From contig CALUZS010000015.1 of assembly GCA_944325355.1 (NCBI GenBank), forward strand, positions 12,758 to 76,757: a DNA stretch of 64,000 nucleotides, read 5' to 3'. Source of the stretch: an uncultured Parabacteroides sp. (GTDB lineage Bacteria; Bacteroidota; Bacteroidia; Bacteroidales; Tannerellaceae). The notes under the pieces are model-generated. The model was not told where the DNA came from. It worked only from the letters and a program-made list of their open reading frames with translations, and made no database searches. Below are positions 27,802 through 37,755 of the stretch, in pieces. Made by a program: the position numbers and the translations under genes. How positions within the stretch are numbered: position 1 is the stretch's first letter; the number at the start of each line of letters is the position of its first letter.

Positions 27802-29682
27802 TTACAGGTATTCGCTTAGTTCGAGCCAGCGCATGCTCTTTTCGTCCAGTTCTTTTATCAACTGACTGACTCGTTCGGATTTGGCAAGGAGCTCTTCCGT
27901 GTTCAGTGAGCCACTGCTCATCGCCGCTTCTATATCGGCTTTTTCCGCTTCCAGTTTTGGAATCTCAGCATCGAGCTCTTCAAATTCTTTCTGTTCCTTG
28001 AAAGTCAGTTTTTTCTTTTCATCGGTTTTCCGAGTGCTCCTTTTGGCCGCCGGGAGAGTCTGGTTCGGTTTCTCCTGTTTCTCTTTCTGAATATTTTTTT
28101 GTTCGTTTTTCCATTCACGGTACCGGGTATAGTTCCCCGGAAAATCCTGGATTGCTGCATTCCCGTGAAAGACCAATAGATGATCGACTACCTTGTCCAT
28201 GAAGTAGCGGTCGTGGGAGACAATGATGACACAGCCCTTGAAATTCTGAAGATATTCCTCCAATATGTTCAGAGTCATGATATCCAAGTCGTTCGTTGGT
28301 TCGTCCAGGACCAAAAAGTTTGGGCTTTTCATCAAAATAGTACAGAGATAGAGCCGCCGCTTTTCCCCGCCGCTTAGTTTGTAGACATAGCTGTGCTGTT
28401 TTTCGGGAGGAAACAAAAAGTAATTCAGGAATTGGGAGACGCTTAATCTTTTCCCGTTGCCAAGATCCACGTATTCGGCGATATCTCTGACGGCATCGAT
28501 AATCTTCATGCTTTCGTTGAACGAAATGCCATCTTGGCTGTAATAACCGAAGCGCACCGTTTCCCCGATGTCGAATGTTCCCTTGTCCGGTTCAACTTCT
28601 CCTAACAGCATTTTTATGAAAGTAGATTTACCGGTTCCGTTGTTGCCGACAATGCCTAATTTCTCATACCGTGTGAAAATGTAATTGAAATCATTCGTGA
28701 TTTTCAAGTCGCCGAAGCTTTTGCTTACATGCTTGGCTTCAAAAATTTTTGAGCCGATATAAGACGCTTTTATATCCAGGTTCAGGTTACGGGATTCCTG
28801 CTGCTGTTGTGCCCTTTCTTTCAAATCGTAAAAGGCGTCTATGCGGTATTTCGCTTTTGTTCCTCGAGCTTGCGGTTGCCGGCGCATCCATTCGAGTTCT
28901 TTTCTTAGCAGGTTGTTGGCTCGTTCTATATCGGCATTTGATGCGTTTATGCGCTCTTCCCGTTTTTCGAGATAGTAATTGTAATTGCCTTTATAGTCAT
29001 AAACCTGTTTGTTGTCGATTTCAATAATTCGGTTACATACCCGGTCGAGGAAATAGCGGTCGTGGGTGACCATCAGCAAACTGGTATTTGTTCGTCCGAG
29101 GTACTCTTCCAGCCATTCAGTCATTTCTAAGTCGAGATGGTTTGTCGGTTCGTCGAGTATGATTAATTCAGGTTCTGTGATAAGGACGTTAGCCAATGCG
29201 ACACGTTTGAGCTGTCCTCCGGAGAGTTGTCCCACTTTCTGGTCCAAGTTGTGGATTTTTAACTGACCAAGAATTTGTTTTGCTTTCTGTTCGTACTCCC
29301 AGGCTTTTGAAGCGTCCATACGGTTCAAAATGTCGTCAAGCAGTTTTCCGCTGATTCCTTTCTTTATTGTTTCCTCATATTCCGCGATTAGGCGGACCGT
29401 TTCGTTTTCTGAGTGGAAACATGCCTGCAAAACCGAAAGATCTTTCGGATAGGAGGGCGTTTGCTCCAGATATCCGACACGCAAATCGTTTCTAAAGACA
29501 ATATTCCCTGTGTCGTAGTCTTCTTTCCCGGCTAAGATATTTAGCAAGGTACTTTTCCCTGAACCGTTTTTTGCAATCAAGGCTACTTTTTCACCCTGAT
29601 TGAGCCCGAATGTTATATCTTGAAAGAGAATTAAATCCCCAAAGCTTTTTGTTAATCCGTTTATTTGTAAATAACTTATCAT
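27802..29682 (-). CDS. ABC-F family ATP-binding protein (Uup-like)
   Basis: Two ABC cassettes (NGSGKST/LSGGQ/LDEPTNHLD; NGTGKST/LSGGE/LDEPTNDLD) with C-terminal coiled coil; start trimmed to MISYL, supported by the promoter at 29707. Confidence 0.93.
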   Translation of the reverse strand: MISYLQINGLTKSFGDLILFQDITFGLNQGEKVALIAKNGSGKSTLLNILAGKEDYDTGNIVFRNDLRVGYLEQTPSYPKDLSVLQACFHSENETVRLIAEYEETIKKGISGKLLDDILNRMDASKAWEYEQKAKQILGQLKIHNLDQKVGQLSGGQLKRVALANVLITEPELIILDEPTNHLDLEMTEWLEEYLGRTNTSLLMVTHDRYFLDRVCNRIIEIDNKQVYDYKGNYNYYLEKREERINASNADIERANNLLRKELEWMRRQPQARGTKAKYRIDAFYDLKERAQQQQESRNLNLDIKASYIGSKIFEAKHVSKSFGDLKITNDFNYIFTRYEKLGIVGNNGTGKSTFIKMLLGEVEPDKGTFDIGETVRFGYYSQDGISFNESMKIIDAVRDIAEYVDLGNGKRLSVSQFLNYFLFPPEKQHSYVYKLSGGEKRRLYLCTILMKSPNFLVLDEPTNDLDIMTLNILEEYLQNFKGCVIIVSHDRYFMDKVVDHLLVFHGNAAIQDFPGNYTRYREWKNEQKNIQKEKQEKPNQTLPAAKRSTRKTDEKKKLTFKEQKEFEELDAEIPKLEAEKADIEAAMSSGSLNTEELLAKSERVSQLIKELDEKSMRWLELSEYL

Positions 29683-29706
29683 TTCGGTTATTCTTTTCTT
29701 TTGCTG

Positions 29707-29714
29707 CAAACTTA
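29707..29714 (-). promoter_or_regulatory. -7 promoter box for the ABC-F gene
   Basis: TAAGTTTG on minus strand 24 nt upstream of the trimmed start. Confidence 0.55.
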
Positions 29715-29856
29715 CAACAAAAAAGGGAATCGGCAACAGATGCGGTGTCGGCTGTGGAATACAAAGATATAGGATGAATAATTTGGACATTTTAGTATGG
29801 GGCAAAGAATCTGGAGATAAAAGTGATTAAATCGGAAACTTTTTAAAAATAATGTT

Positions 29857-29864
29857 TACATTTG
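29857..29864 (+). promoter_or_regulatory. -7 promoter box for the M16 peptidase
   Basis: TACATTTG; supports start at 29889 or 29895. Confidence 0.55.
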
Positions 29865-29888
29865 CCGCTAAAATGGTTAAATCGTAAA

Positions 29889-32783
29889 ATGATAATGAAA
29901 AAGTTTTTTTACTTAGGAGTGTGCTTTTTTCTGACAGCTTATTTTTTCTCTTTGCAGGCGCAAGGGCTGAAAGGTTTCAAGCTGCAGAATGGATTGACTG
30001 TGTATGTTTGGGAAGATGAAACAAAACCCGATGTGTTTGGAATGGTCGGCGTTAAGGTTGGTTCGGTCGATGACCCCGAAGACTTGACAGGATTGGCCCA
30101 TTATTTGGAGCATATGATGTTTAAGGGGACCCAGAAGATTAGCGCGCTGGATTGGGAAAAGGAGCAGCCGCTTTACGAACAAATTATTGCCAAGTACGAT
30201 GAAAAAGCAAACACTCAAGATCCGGAGAAGAAGAAATCTTTAGATTTGGAGATAAATAAGCTGACGGTTGAAGCTGCGCAGTATACCGCTCCTAACGAAT
30301 TTGCCGGTTTGACGGAGAATATGGGAGGGAAAAGCCTGAATGCGGCAACCAGCTATGATATGACAATGTATTTCAGCTCCTTTCCTCCATCGCAATTATA
30401 CCGGTGGCTGGAATTGAACTCCGAACGTTTTATTAATCCGGTTTTCCGCGCTTTTCAACCGGAATTGGAGACGGTCTATGAAGAGTTCAACCGTTCACAG
30501 GATAGTCACGGACGTTTGCAGCAAGAGTATCTTTTGGAACATATATTCCCCGGGCATCCTTACTCGCGTTCTGTATTGGGATTGCAGGATCATTTGAAGA
30601 ACCCTCGTTTGAGCGGTCTTGTTAAGTTCTATAACGACTGGTATGTTCCTGAAAATATGGTGTTGATTCTGGTGGGTAACGTGAAGATGCGTGAAGTGAC
30701 CGGTTTAGTCAATAACTTGTTTGGTCGCCTGCCAGCCAAACCGAGTCCGGAACGTGTAAACTATCCGGAAGCGGATTTTAAAGGGCGTGTAGAATATTCT
30801 GCCAAAATAGCTGATTATCCAACGTTGACGTTGGCGTATAAAGGCGTTCCGAGCGGTAGCGAAGATGAGCTGGCATTGGAAGTTTGTACGAATCTGTTGT
30901 CGAACCGTAACCGTACCGGTCTGTTGGATAAACTCTCGTTGGATGGGAATATCATGGGCGCATCAGCGTCGTTGTTGGATTTTAAAGATCAGGGACGTAT
31001 TGTTATTTACGGAATACCTTCGTATGACGTAAACCAACGCCGGTTTGAGTCGTTGAAATCGTTGGAGAAAACATTGTTGGCTGAAATAGAGAAGATGCAG
31101 AAAGGCGAAATCGAGGATTGGAGGTTTAATTCCGTGAAGACTGCCATGATGCGAGATTACGACTTGGCTTTCGAATCTTCTGAATCCAAAGCTCAGATGA
31201 TTCTCCAGACGTTCGTCAATAATGAAGACATCTCAAATGTTTTGACATATAAAGACCGTTTGGCAGCCATTTCTCTTGATAAAGTGAAAGAGATTGCCAA
31301 GAAATATTTCACAGACAACTATATCGCGTTCAATTTCCAGCAGGGAAAGCCACAAAAAGCTGAAAAACTGGCAAAACCACAATATGAGCCGATTAATCCT
31401 CCGCGCAATGCTGTTTCCGAATATGCGAAGAACTTCAGCAAGTTGCCGGTTAAACAGGTGGAACCTTCTTATGCAGACTTTAACGAAGTACAAATAAAGC
31501 CGATTAACAAACGGTCAAAATTGTTCTATACTCCGAATAAAGAGAACAATGTGTTTACGTTGACGTTGAAATATGGCGTAGGTACTCGTGAAATGCCGAA
31601 ATTGGATTATGCGACAGCCTTGATGGAGAATGCGGGAATTATGGGTTCCTTTGATCCGCAACAGCTGAAACAGGAATTTAGTGCGTTGGGGGCGGTTTGC
31701 AATTTCTCGGTGAGCGAGAACTATCTGACGATTACCATGTCGGGATATGAGGAGAATCTGGCGGCAGCTTGTCAGTTGCTTTCCCGGCAGATATTGATGC
31801 CGCAGCTGGATGAGCAGCAGTTGAATCAATTGAAGGGAAGTGCTTACCAAATGCGTGCGATAGAAACTGACAATCCCAGCTCATTGGAGTCGGCGATGTA
31901 CGAATATATGCTTTATCAAGACAAATCCAGTTACATAAATCGGATGCCTTTGAATGAAATTCTCGAATTATCCATCAGTAATCTGACCGGAGAGTTCAAC
32001 CGGGCTACCGATTACGAAGCGGAAGTGCATTATGTAGGTTCGCTTCCTTTTGAATCGGCTTACGATATATTGAGTAAAAACCTCCCTTTGAAAGCCGAAG
32101 AGAAAGAGACAGCTTCCCCACAGGTGAAGGATCGTGTTCCATACAGTGAAAATACGATTTACTTTATTTCCGACAAGGATGCTGCCCAAAGCCGGATCTA
32201 TTTCTATATTGAAGGTAATCCGTATAAAGCGGAGGATGACGTATATTACAGCGCTTTTAATAAATATTTCGGCAATGGCTTTGGCGGTTTGGTCATGCAG
32301 GAAGTGCGTGAGTACCGTTCGATGGCTTATACGGCAGAAGGTACTTATGTTACGCCGTTCTTGAAAGACAAGAACGCTTATTTCATGGGATATATCGGGA
32401 CACAGGGAGACAAAACCGTCGATGCAATGGATATTTTCATGGGATTAATCAATAATATGCCCCAGTATGCTGACCGAATCGGGAATATAAAGGATTATCT
32501 CCGTGAAGGATTGCAGACGGCAAAACCGGGCTTCCGTGAAGCGAGCCAGGTTTATGAGGCATGGAAGCGTTTGGGATATACGGAAGATCCTGCGAAATCG
32601 GAATTGCCGAAGATAAACGGGTTGACATTCGAAGATGTTCTTAAGTTCTATGAGCAGAATGTCAAGGGGCGCCCGGTTGTAATCGGTATTATCGGGAATC
32701 CGAAACAGGTAGATTTTACAGCATTGGAAAAATACGGCAAAGTAGTACGGTTGAATAAATCAAAACTGTTCTCAGCCGATTAA
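29889..32783 (+). CDS. M16 family zinc metallopeptidase (insulinase/PqqL-like), exported
   Basis: Signal peptide; inverted zinc motif GLAHYLEHMMFKG; NAATS; WYVPENM. Confidence 0.92.
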   Translation: MIMKKFFYLGVCFFLTAYFFSLQAQGLKGFKLQNGLTVYVWEDETKPDVFGMVGVKVGSVDDPEDLTGLAHYLEHMMFKGTQKISALDWEKEQPLYEQIIAKYDEKANTQDPEKKKSLDLEINKLTVEAAQYTAPNEFAGLTENMGGKSLNAATSYDMTMYFSSFPPSQLYRWLELNSERFINPVFRAFQPELETVYEEFNRSQDSHGRLQQEYLLEHIFPGHPYSRSVLGLQDHLKNPRLSGLVKFYNDWYVPENMVLILVGNVKMREVTGLVNNLFGRLPAKPSPERVNYPEADFKGRVEYSAKIADYPTLTLAYKGVPSGSEDELALEVCTNLLSNRNRTGLLDKLSLDGNIMGASASLLDFKDQGRIVIYGIPSYDVNQRRFESLKSLEKTLLAEIEKMQKGEIEDWRFNSVKTAMMRDYDLAFESSESKAQMILQTFVNNEDISNVLTYKDRLAAISLDKVKEIAKKYFTDNYIAFNFQQGKPQKAEKLAKPQYEPINPPRNAVSEYAKNFSKLPVKQVEPSYADFNEVQIKPINKRSKLFYTPNKENNVFTLTLKYGVGTREMPKLDYATALMENAGIMGSFDPQQLKQEFSALGAVCNFSVSENYLTITMSGYEENLAAACQLLSRQILMPQLDEQQLNQLKGSAYQMRAIETDNPSSLESAMYEYMLYQDKSSYINRMPLNEILELSISNLTGEFNRATDYEAEVHYVGSLPFESAYDILSKNLPLKAEEKETASPQVKDRVPYSENTIYFISDKDAAQSRIYFYIEGNPYKAEDDVYYSAFNKYFGNGFGGLVMQEVREYRSMAYTAEGTYVTPFLKDKNAYFMGYIGTQGDKTVDAMDIFMGLINNMPQYADRIGNIKDYLREGLQTAKPGFREASQVYEAWKRLGYTEDPAKSELPKINGLTFEDVLKFYEQNVKGRPVVIGIIGNPKQVDFTALEKYGKVVRLNKSKLFSAD

Positions 32784-32804
32784 GCAAGGATTTCCCTTTT
32801 TAAG

Positions 32805-32843
32805 AGACACAAAAAAAGCCCGTAACGGGCTTTTTTTGTGTCT
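32805..32843. terminator. Bidirectional terminator
   Basis: Perfect 18-bp inverted repeat AGACACAAAAAAAGCCCG-taa-CGGGCTTTTTTTGTGTCT between convergent genes. Confidence 0.85.
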
Positions 32844-32900
32844 TGTTCTTAACAGGCATGAAAGTAATGCGGAGAGAATCTTTTTTCTTTCGGCAGGTTT

Positions 32901-34301
32901 TTACCGAAAATTGGAAAGCGTTTTTGTTTGTTCAGGGCAGAAACTACTTCGGATTCGCCATTCTTGTGGGTAAAGGTTGTTTGCCCTGTTTCCGATATTT
33001 TTCATGAACCCGAGGGGAATGTTTTCGTAAGTAACTAAAATGTACCCTTTTTCTGTGTCCCCAGGCAAAGGAAATGCCTCTTTCTTTAGGTAACGGATGG
33101 CATCAGCATACGACAGTTTGGTTTCTTGAAACGCCGTCCGGTTTAATGCGGTACTCAATGCCAGTTCTTCTGACGGGATGAAGTCTTTACCTTTTTGCTC
33201 ACCGACATATATCCCGGCATCAACAACCGTCAGTTGAGATTTCAGTAACTGGTATTTTTCCCGGAATGTTGCCGGGATTGCCCGTAAACAGAAGTTGTCC
33301 CATTCGGCAATATAACTGTCCGCATCGGATAAATATCTTTGCCAATCGTTGGAAGCCGGTGTTTGAGCCCGCTCTTTCTGTCTATTTTTTTTGTTGTTTT
33401 TTAGATGGAACGTTTGATTTTCCGAATCCGCTTTCCGGAAAGCTGCCAAAAAGAAACCTTCTCCTTTTGTTTTGTGTGGAAAGAAATGATATGCCGGATA
33501 GTTGTATTTTAGGGCGGGTATAATCTTCCATTCCTGGTTTACAGGGATTTCTATCGGAGAAGCGCCCAGCTCTTCGATGGCATATTTCACGTTTTCTTCG
33601 TTCTCTTCCGTATTGAATGTGCAGGTGCTGAGGATGAACACACCTCCAGGTTTGAGAGCGTTCCAGATATCATTCAGGATTCTTCGGCAGCGGGCAGCAC
33701 AGAGCATTACATTTTCCGTTGTCCATTCGTTGATGCTCTCATTGTCTTTTCGGAACATTCCTTCTCCGGAGCAGGGAACATCGGCAACGATGACGTCAAA
33801 AAAATGGGTCAGTTTTCCTATCTCTTTCGGGTCGTTGTTGGTTACTATATGGTTGGGATTTCCCCATTTGGCAATGTTTTCGGCAAGGATGTTGCACCGG
33901 GAACGGATGACCTCGTTGCTGACAAGCAGGCTTCCTTTGGGCATTGCTGAGAGCAGATGGGTAGATTTACCGCCTGGAGCCGCACATAAATCCAATATAA
34001 CGGACGGTTCTTGTACAAAATGGCGGACTACATGTCCTAAGAACATGGATGATGCTTCTTGTACATAGTAAGTGCCCGCATGAAATAGCGGATCGAATGT
34101 GAACGGAATCCTTTCGGGCAGGTAATATCCCTCTTCGCACCATTGGACTGTTGCCGTGTTTGGTGAAAAGTCCGATTTGTCCCGATTCATACGGATGCTT
34201 ATAGGCGCATCTGCTGAAAGCGATGCTTCAAATTGTAAATATTCGTCTGTTCCTAAAAGTATTTTGGTCCGTTCTATAAAGTCCTTGGGGAGTTCCATCA
34301 C
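32901..34301 (-). CDS. RsmB/NOP family RNA m5C methyltransferase (RsmF-like)
   Basis: YYVQEASSM, LDLCAAPGGKST, DVPCSGEG, STCTFNTEENE. Confidence 0.92.
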   Translation of the reverse strand: MMELPKDFIERTKILLGTDEYLQFEASLSADAPISIRMNRDKSDFSPNTATVQWCEEGYYLPERIPFTFDPLFHAGTYYVQEASSMFLGHVVRHFVQEPSVILDLCAAPGGKSTHLLSAMPKGSLLVSNEVIRSRCNILAENIAKWGNPNHIVTNNDPKEIGKLTHFFDVIVADVPCSGEGMFRKDNESINEWTTENVMLCAARCRRILNDIWNALKPGGVFILSTCTFNTEENEENVKYAIEELGASPIEIPVNQEWKIIPALKYNYPAYHFFPHKTKGEGFFLAAFRKADSENQTFHLKNNKKNRQKERAQTPASNDWQRYLSDADSYIAEWDNFCLRAIPATFREKYQLLKSQLTVVDAGIYVGEQKGKDFIPSEELALSTALNRTAFQETKLSYADAIRYLKKEAFPLPGDTEKGYILVTYENIPLGFMKNIGNRANNLYPQEWRIRSSFCPEQTKTLSNFR

Positions 34302-34321
34302 ATTTAATTTAGTTCGAATTG

Positions 34322-34329
34322 CAAAATTA
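34322..34329 (-). promoter_or_regulatory. -7 promoter box for the RNA methyltransferase
   Basis: TAATTTTG on minus strand. Confidence 0.55.
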
Positions 34330-34552
34330 GGGAATATTGCCGGAATAATCGAATGGAACCAGTAGATTAGTGTGACGGAAAGTGATAATTAAGCAGTTGG
34401 ATAAAAATGCGAAAGCCGGGAGTCTGGTTGAGAACGGCTTCAAGGCAGATTGAAACCGAATTTGAATAGTTTGTTTTGTTTTAAGAATTTCGGACATTTT
34501 ATTGCTGAGACAAGAGTAATATTGTATTTTCGCACAAGGAATCATTGTGGAT

Positions 34553-34612
34553 ATGAAAACAATACTTGTTCATTCATCATTTCTCCGGAGAAGTGAACGA
34601 CGTCAATTATGA
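34553..34612 (+). other. Candidate 19-codon leader uORF (MKTILVHSSFLRRSERRQL) upstream of the GNAT gene
   Basis: Follows variant promoter TATTTTCG (34525-34532); GGAGAAGT (34587-34594) pairs with ACTTCTCC (34613-34620) across its stop. Confidence 0.35.
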
Positions 34613-34692
34613 ACTTCTCCATTTCATTGGAACGGAAGTAACCTTTTGGATAAATGGCGGATTTTCTTACTTAAACATTTAAACATTAAACA

Positions 34693-35262
34693 ATGATTAA
34701 AGAAATAGTTACAGAACGGCTTATATTGCGTCCTTGGCAAGAATCGGATGCCGAGTCCCTATATAAGTATGCCCAAGACCCGGCTATTGGACCCATTGCC
34801 GGTTGGCCACCTCATACTTCCGTGGAAGATAGCTTAAATGTCATACGCACTGTCTTTGCCGTTCCAGAAACGTACGCAGTAGTCTTGAAAGAAAGCAATG
34901 AACCGGTCGGAAGTATCGGTATCATGTTCGGGGATGCTTTGCACAGTGCCGAGATGCAGGCAAACGAGTCTGAAATAGGTTATTGGATAGGTAAACCGTA
35001 TTGGGGACAGGGATTGATACCAGAAGCCGTTCGCCGTCTGTTGCAACGATGTTTCGAGGAGTTGGAAATGGTAGCCGTCTGGTGTGGGTATTATGACGGT
35101 AATAGGAAATCTCGTCGGGTGATGGAGAAATGTGGCTTCCGTTTTCATCATACGGAAGAAGGTAATATTTCTCCGCTGGGTGATGTCCGCACAGAGCATT
35201 TTATGAGGATAACAAAAGAGGAATGGGAAGAAGGTAAAACAAGGGCTACACCAGAGATGTGA
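34693..35262 (+). CDS. GNAT family N-acetyltransferase (RimJ/RimL-like)
   Basis: TERLILRPW, EIGYWIGKPYWGQG, N.KSRRVMEKCGF. Confidence 0.92.
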   Translation: MIKEIVTERLILRPWQESDAESLYKYAQDPAIGPIAGWPPHTSVEDSLNVIRTVFAVPETYAVVLKESNEPVGSIGIMFGDALHSAEMQANESEIGYWIGKPYWGQGLIPEAVRRLLQRCFEELEMVAVWCGYYDGNRKSRRVMEKCGFRFHHTEEGNISPLGDVRTEHFMRITKEEWEEGKTRATPEM

Positions 35263-35470
35263 GAAAGTAGGCTTTATGTAAAAAACTTTCCGTCTTGAAT
35301 GATGAGGTCGCTATAATGAGAGAGGAATAATCGTGAAACAATGACGCCTATGTCATGGATAACAGAGGTATCTGTGGCTTGTTCTGTATTATATATAAAA
35401 AGTGAAGGAGGTTAGAATCTTCAAATGCAAAATCAGGGCATAATGTTGGATGGATTGCCGACTTTTACTG

Positions 35471-35478
35471 TATATTTG
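35471..35478 (+). promoter_or_regulatory. -7 promoter box for the 720-aa exported protein
   Basis: TATATTTG 26 nt upstream of ATG. Confidence 0.55.
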
Positions 35479-35504
35479 TTTTATGAATATATAATTGATT
35501 ACGA

Positions 35505-37667
35505 ATGAAAGCTATTATCAAATTTTCTGCATTGTTATTGGCTGTTTTTTGTGTGAGCGTTCCGCTCTTGTCGCAAAATGAGAAAACTGTTTTCCAGACC
35601 GGCACCTATTGGCGGCCGCAATTAAATGTCGATGCCCAGGCTGCCATTGTTTATGGAACTCATCCGTTGGAGAATTGTACGTTTGAGGAACGTGTCGCTT
35701 CTTGGCGGGAGAGAGGGTATACTACCTATTTCATGACAGGAATCGCTTGGGGAGAATATCAGGAGTATTTTACCGGTAAGTGGGACGGCCAACGCCATGA
35801 CGATGAAGGACAGATGAGGAGGAACGGCGAGGTGATATGGCATGGAAAAGACGTGCCTTATGTTGTGCCGACAATGAATTTCCTGGCTTACATGAAAGAG
35901 CGTCAGATAAAACGGGCAATAGATGCCGGAATCGATTATATTTTTCTGGAGGAACCGGAGTTTTGGGCTTTTGCCGGATATAGCGAAGCTTTTAAACGGG
36001 AGTGGAAAGCGTTCTACGGTTTCGATTGGAGACCGCAGGATGCGTCTGCCGAAAACCTTTATCTTTCCAATAAGTTGAAATATCATCTTTATTACCGAGC
36101 CTTGAGGGAGTGTTTTACCTATGCCAAAGAGTATGGCAAAAGCTTAGGACGGACAATTTATTGTTTCGTTCCGACACACTCGCTGGTGAATTATTCCCAA
36201 TGGCGGATTGTTAGTCCGGAAGCAAGTCTTGCCTTGATGGATTGCATGGATGGGTATATCGCGCAGGTTTGGACCGGAACATCCCGCGAGCCTAATTATT
36301 ATCAGGGAAATTATCGTGAGCGTGTGTTTGAAACAGCATTTCTCGAATACGGATCGATGCACTCGATGACGGCGCCGACAAACCGGAAAGTCTTTTTCCT
36401 GACCGACCCGATAGAAGACCGTCCGAGGGATTGGGATGATTATATCCGTAATTACCGGGCAACGTATATCGCTCAAATGCTCTATCCTCGGAACAATAAT
36501 TATGAGATAATGCCGTGGCCGGAACGGATATATGAAGGATTATACCAGGTTAGCAGCAGGGATGAAACGAAGATACGTATTCCCCGTTCTTTCTCAACGC
36601 AGATGCATATCATGATCAATGCTTCCAATCGGATGCCATGTACTGAAAACCAACTCTCCGGAACAAAAGGTATTGGTGTCCTGATGGCGAACACATTGAT
36701 GTTCCAGCGGAACGACCAACCGGTAGACGGATACGACGACCCGCAATTGTCGAATTTTTACGGATTGGCAATGCCTTTTGTGAAGCGTGGCGTTCCGGTA
36801 GAATTGGTACAGATAGAGAATACCGCTGAAAAGAATACTTGGAAGGATGTCAAAGTCTTGTTAATGACTTATTCGAACATGAAACCGATGGACGAGGATA
36901 TGAACCGGAATATTGCTGCATGGGTGAAATCCGGTGGTTGCCTGGTCTATGTTTCCCGTGATACGGATCCTTTCCAATCGGTGCAGGAGTGGTGGAACCA
37001 AGACGGGGAAAAATTCAATGCACCATCCGAACATTTGTTTGATTTGTTGGGGATGCCGCGTGTTGCAGGCGAAGGACTTTATACTTGCGGCAAAGGTAGT
37101 GTATATGTTTTTCGCAAGGATCCGAAAGAATTTGTGATGCAGCCGGAAGGTGAAAGTGCATTGGTTGACGTTGTCTCCGGGCTGTATAAAGACAAAACCG
37201 GCGGTGCACCGGACTTCAGGAACTATTTCTTCTTGGAACGCGGTCCGTATACAATCGTTTCGGTAATGGACGAGAGCGTATCTTCCGAGACATTGCGTTT
37301 GAATGGCTTTTATATCGACTTGTTCGACAAGGAGCTTCCTGTCGTTAGAGAAAAAGTGGTTTCTCCGGGTGAACAGGCGTTTTTGTACGATTTAAAGAAA
37401 ATGGAAAAGAAGAGGAGCGAACCGCAAATATTGGTATCGGCAGGAAAAGTGACGGAAGAAAAGGTGACGGCGGACAAATATTCTTTTACGGTAAAGGCAC
37501 CGGAGGAAACGACTAACGTGATGCGTATATTGTTGACTGCTAAGCCGGAGCGTGTCGTAGTAGATACAAATTCGGATGTTTCCCAATCGTGGGATGAGGA
37601 GAGCAAGACATTGTTCCTCTCTTTCGAGAACAAGGCGGATGGCGTTTCTGTTCGTATTATCCGTTAA
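35505..37667 (+). CDS. Exported hypothetical protein, probable glycoside hydrolase-like TIM barrel plus GATase-like trimerisation domain
   Basis: Signal peptide; aromatic/acidic-rich N half (YIFLEEPEFW); C half resembles a GH42 trimerisation segment (KVLLMTYSNMK...AWVKSGGCLV). Confidence 0.6.
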   Translation: MKAIIKFSALLLAVFCVSVPLLSQNEKTVFQTGTYWRPQLNVDAQAAIVYGTHPLENCTFEERVASWRERGYTTYFMTGIAWGEYQEYFTGKWDGQRHDDEGQMRRNGEVIWHGKDVPYVVPTMNFLAYMKERQIKRAIDAGIDYIFLEEPEFWAFAGYSEAFKREWKAFYGFDWRPQDASAENLYLSNKLKYHLYYRALRECFTYAKEYGKSLGRTIYCFVPTHSLVNYSQWRIVSPEASLALMDCMDGYIAQVWTGTSREPNYYQGNYRERVFETAFLEYGSMHSMTAPTNRKVFFLTDPIEDRPRDWDDYIRNYRATYIAQMLYPRNNNYEIMPWPERIYEGLYQVSSRDETKIRIPRSFSTQMHIMINASNRMPCTENQLSGTKGIGVLMANTLMFQRNDQPVDGYDDPQLSNFYGLAMPFVKRGVPVELVQIENTAEKNTWKDVKVLLMTYSNMKPMDEDMNRNIAAWVKSGGCLVYVSRDTDPFQSVQEWWNQDGEKFNAPSEHLFDLLGMPRVAGEGLYTCGKGSVYVFRKDPKEFVMQPEGESALVDVVSGLYKDKTGGAPDFRNYFFLERGPYTIVSVMDESVSSETLRLNGFYIDLFDKELPVVREKVVSPGEQAFLYDLKKMEKKRSEPQILVSAGKVTEEKVTADKYSFTVKAPEETTNVMRILLTAKPERVVVDTNSDVSQSWDEESKTLFLSFENKADGVSVRIIR

Positions 37668-37733
37668 ATAGGAATCGAACGCATTATCGGAAAGGGAATC
37701 TCTATAACTATCCGGAAAAATAGAATAAATTTG

Positions 37734-37741
37734 TACCTTTG
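37734..37741 (+). promoter_or_regulatory. -7 promoter box
   Basis: TACCTTTG 14 nt upstream of ATG 37756. Confidence 0.5.
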
Positions 37742-37755
37742 TCAAAAAGAAAAGT

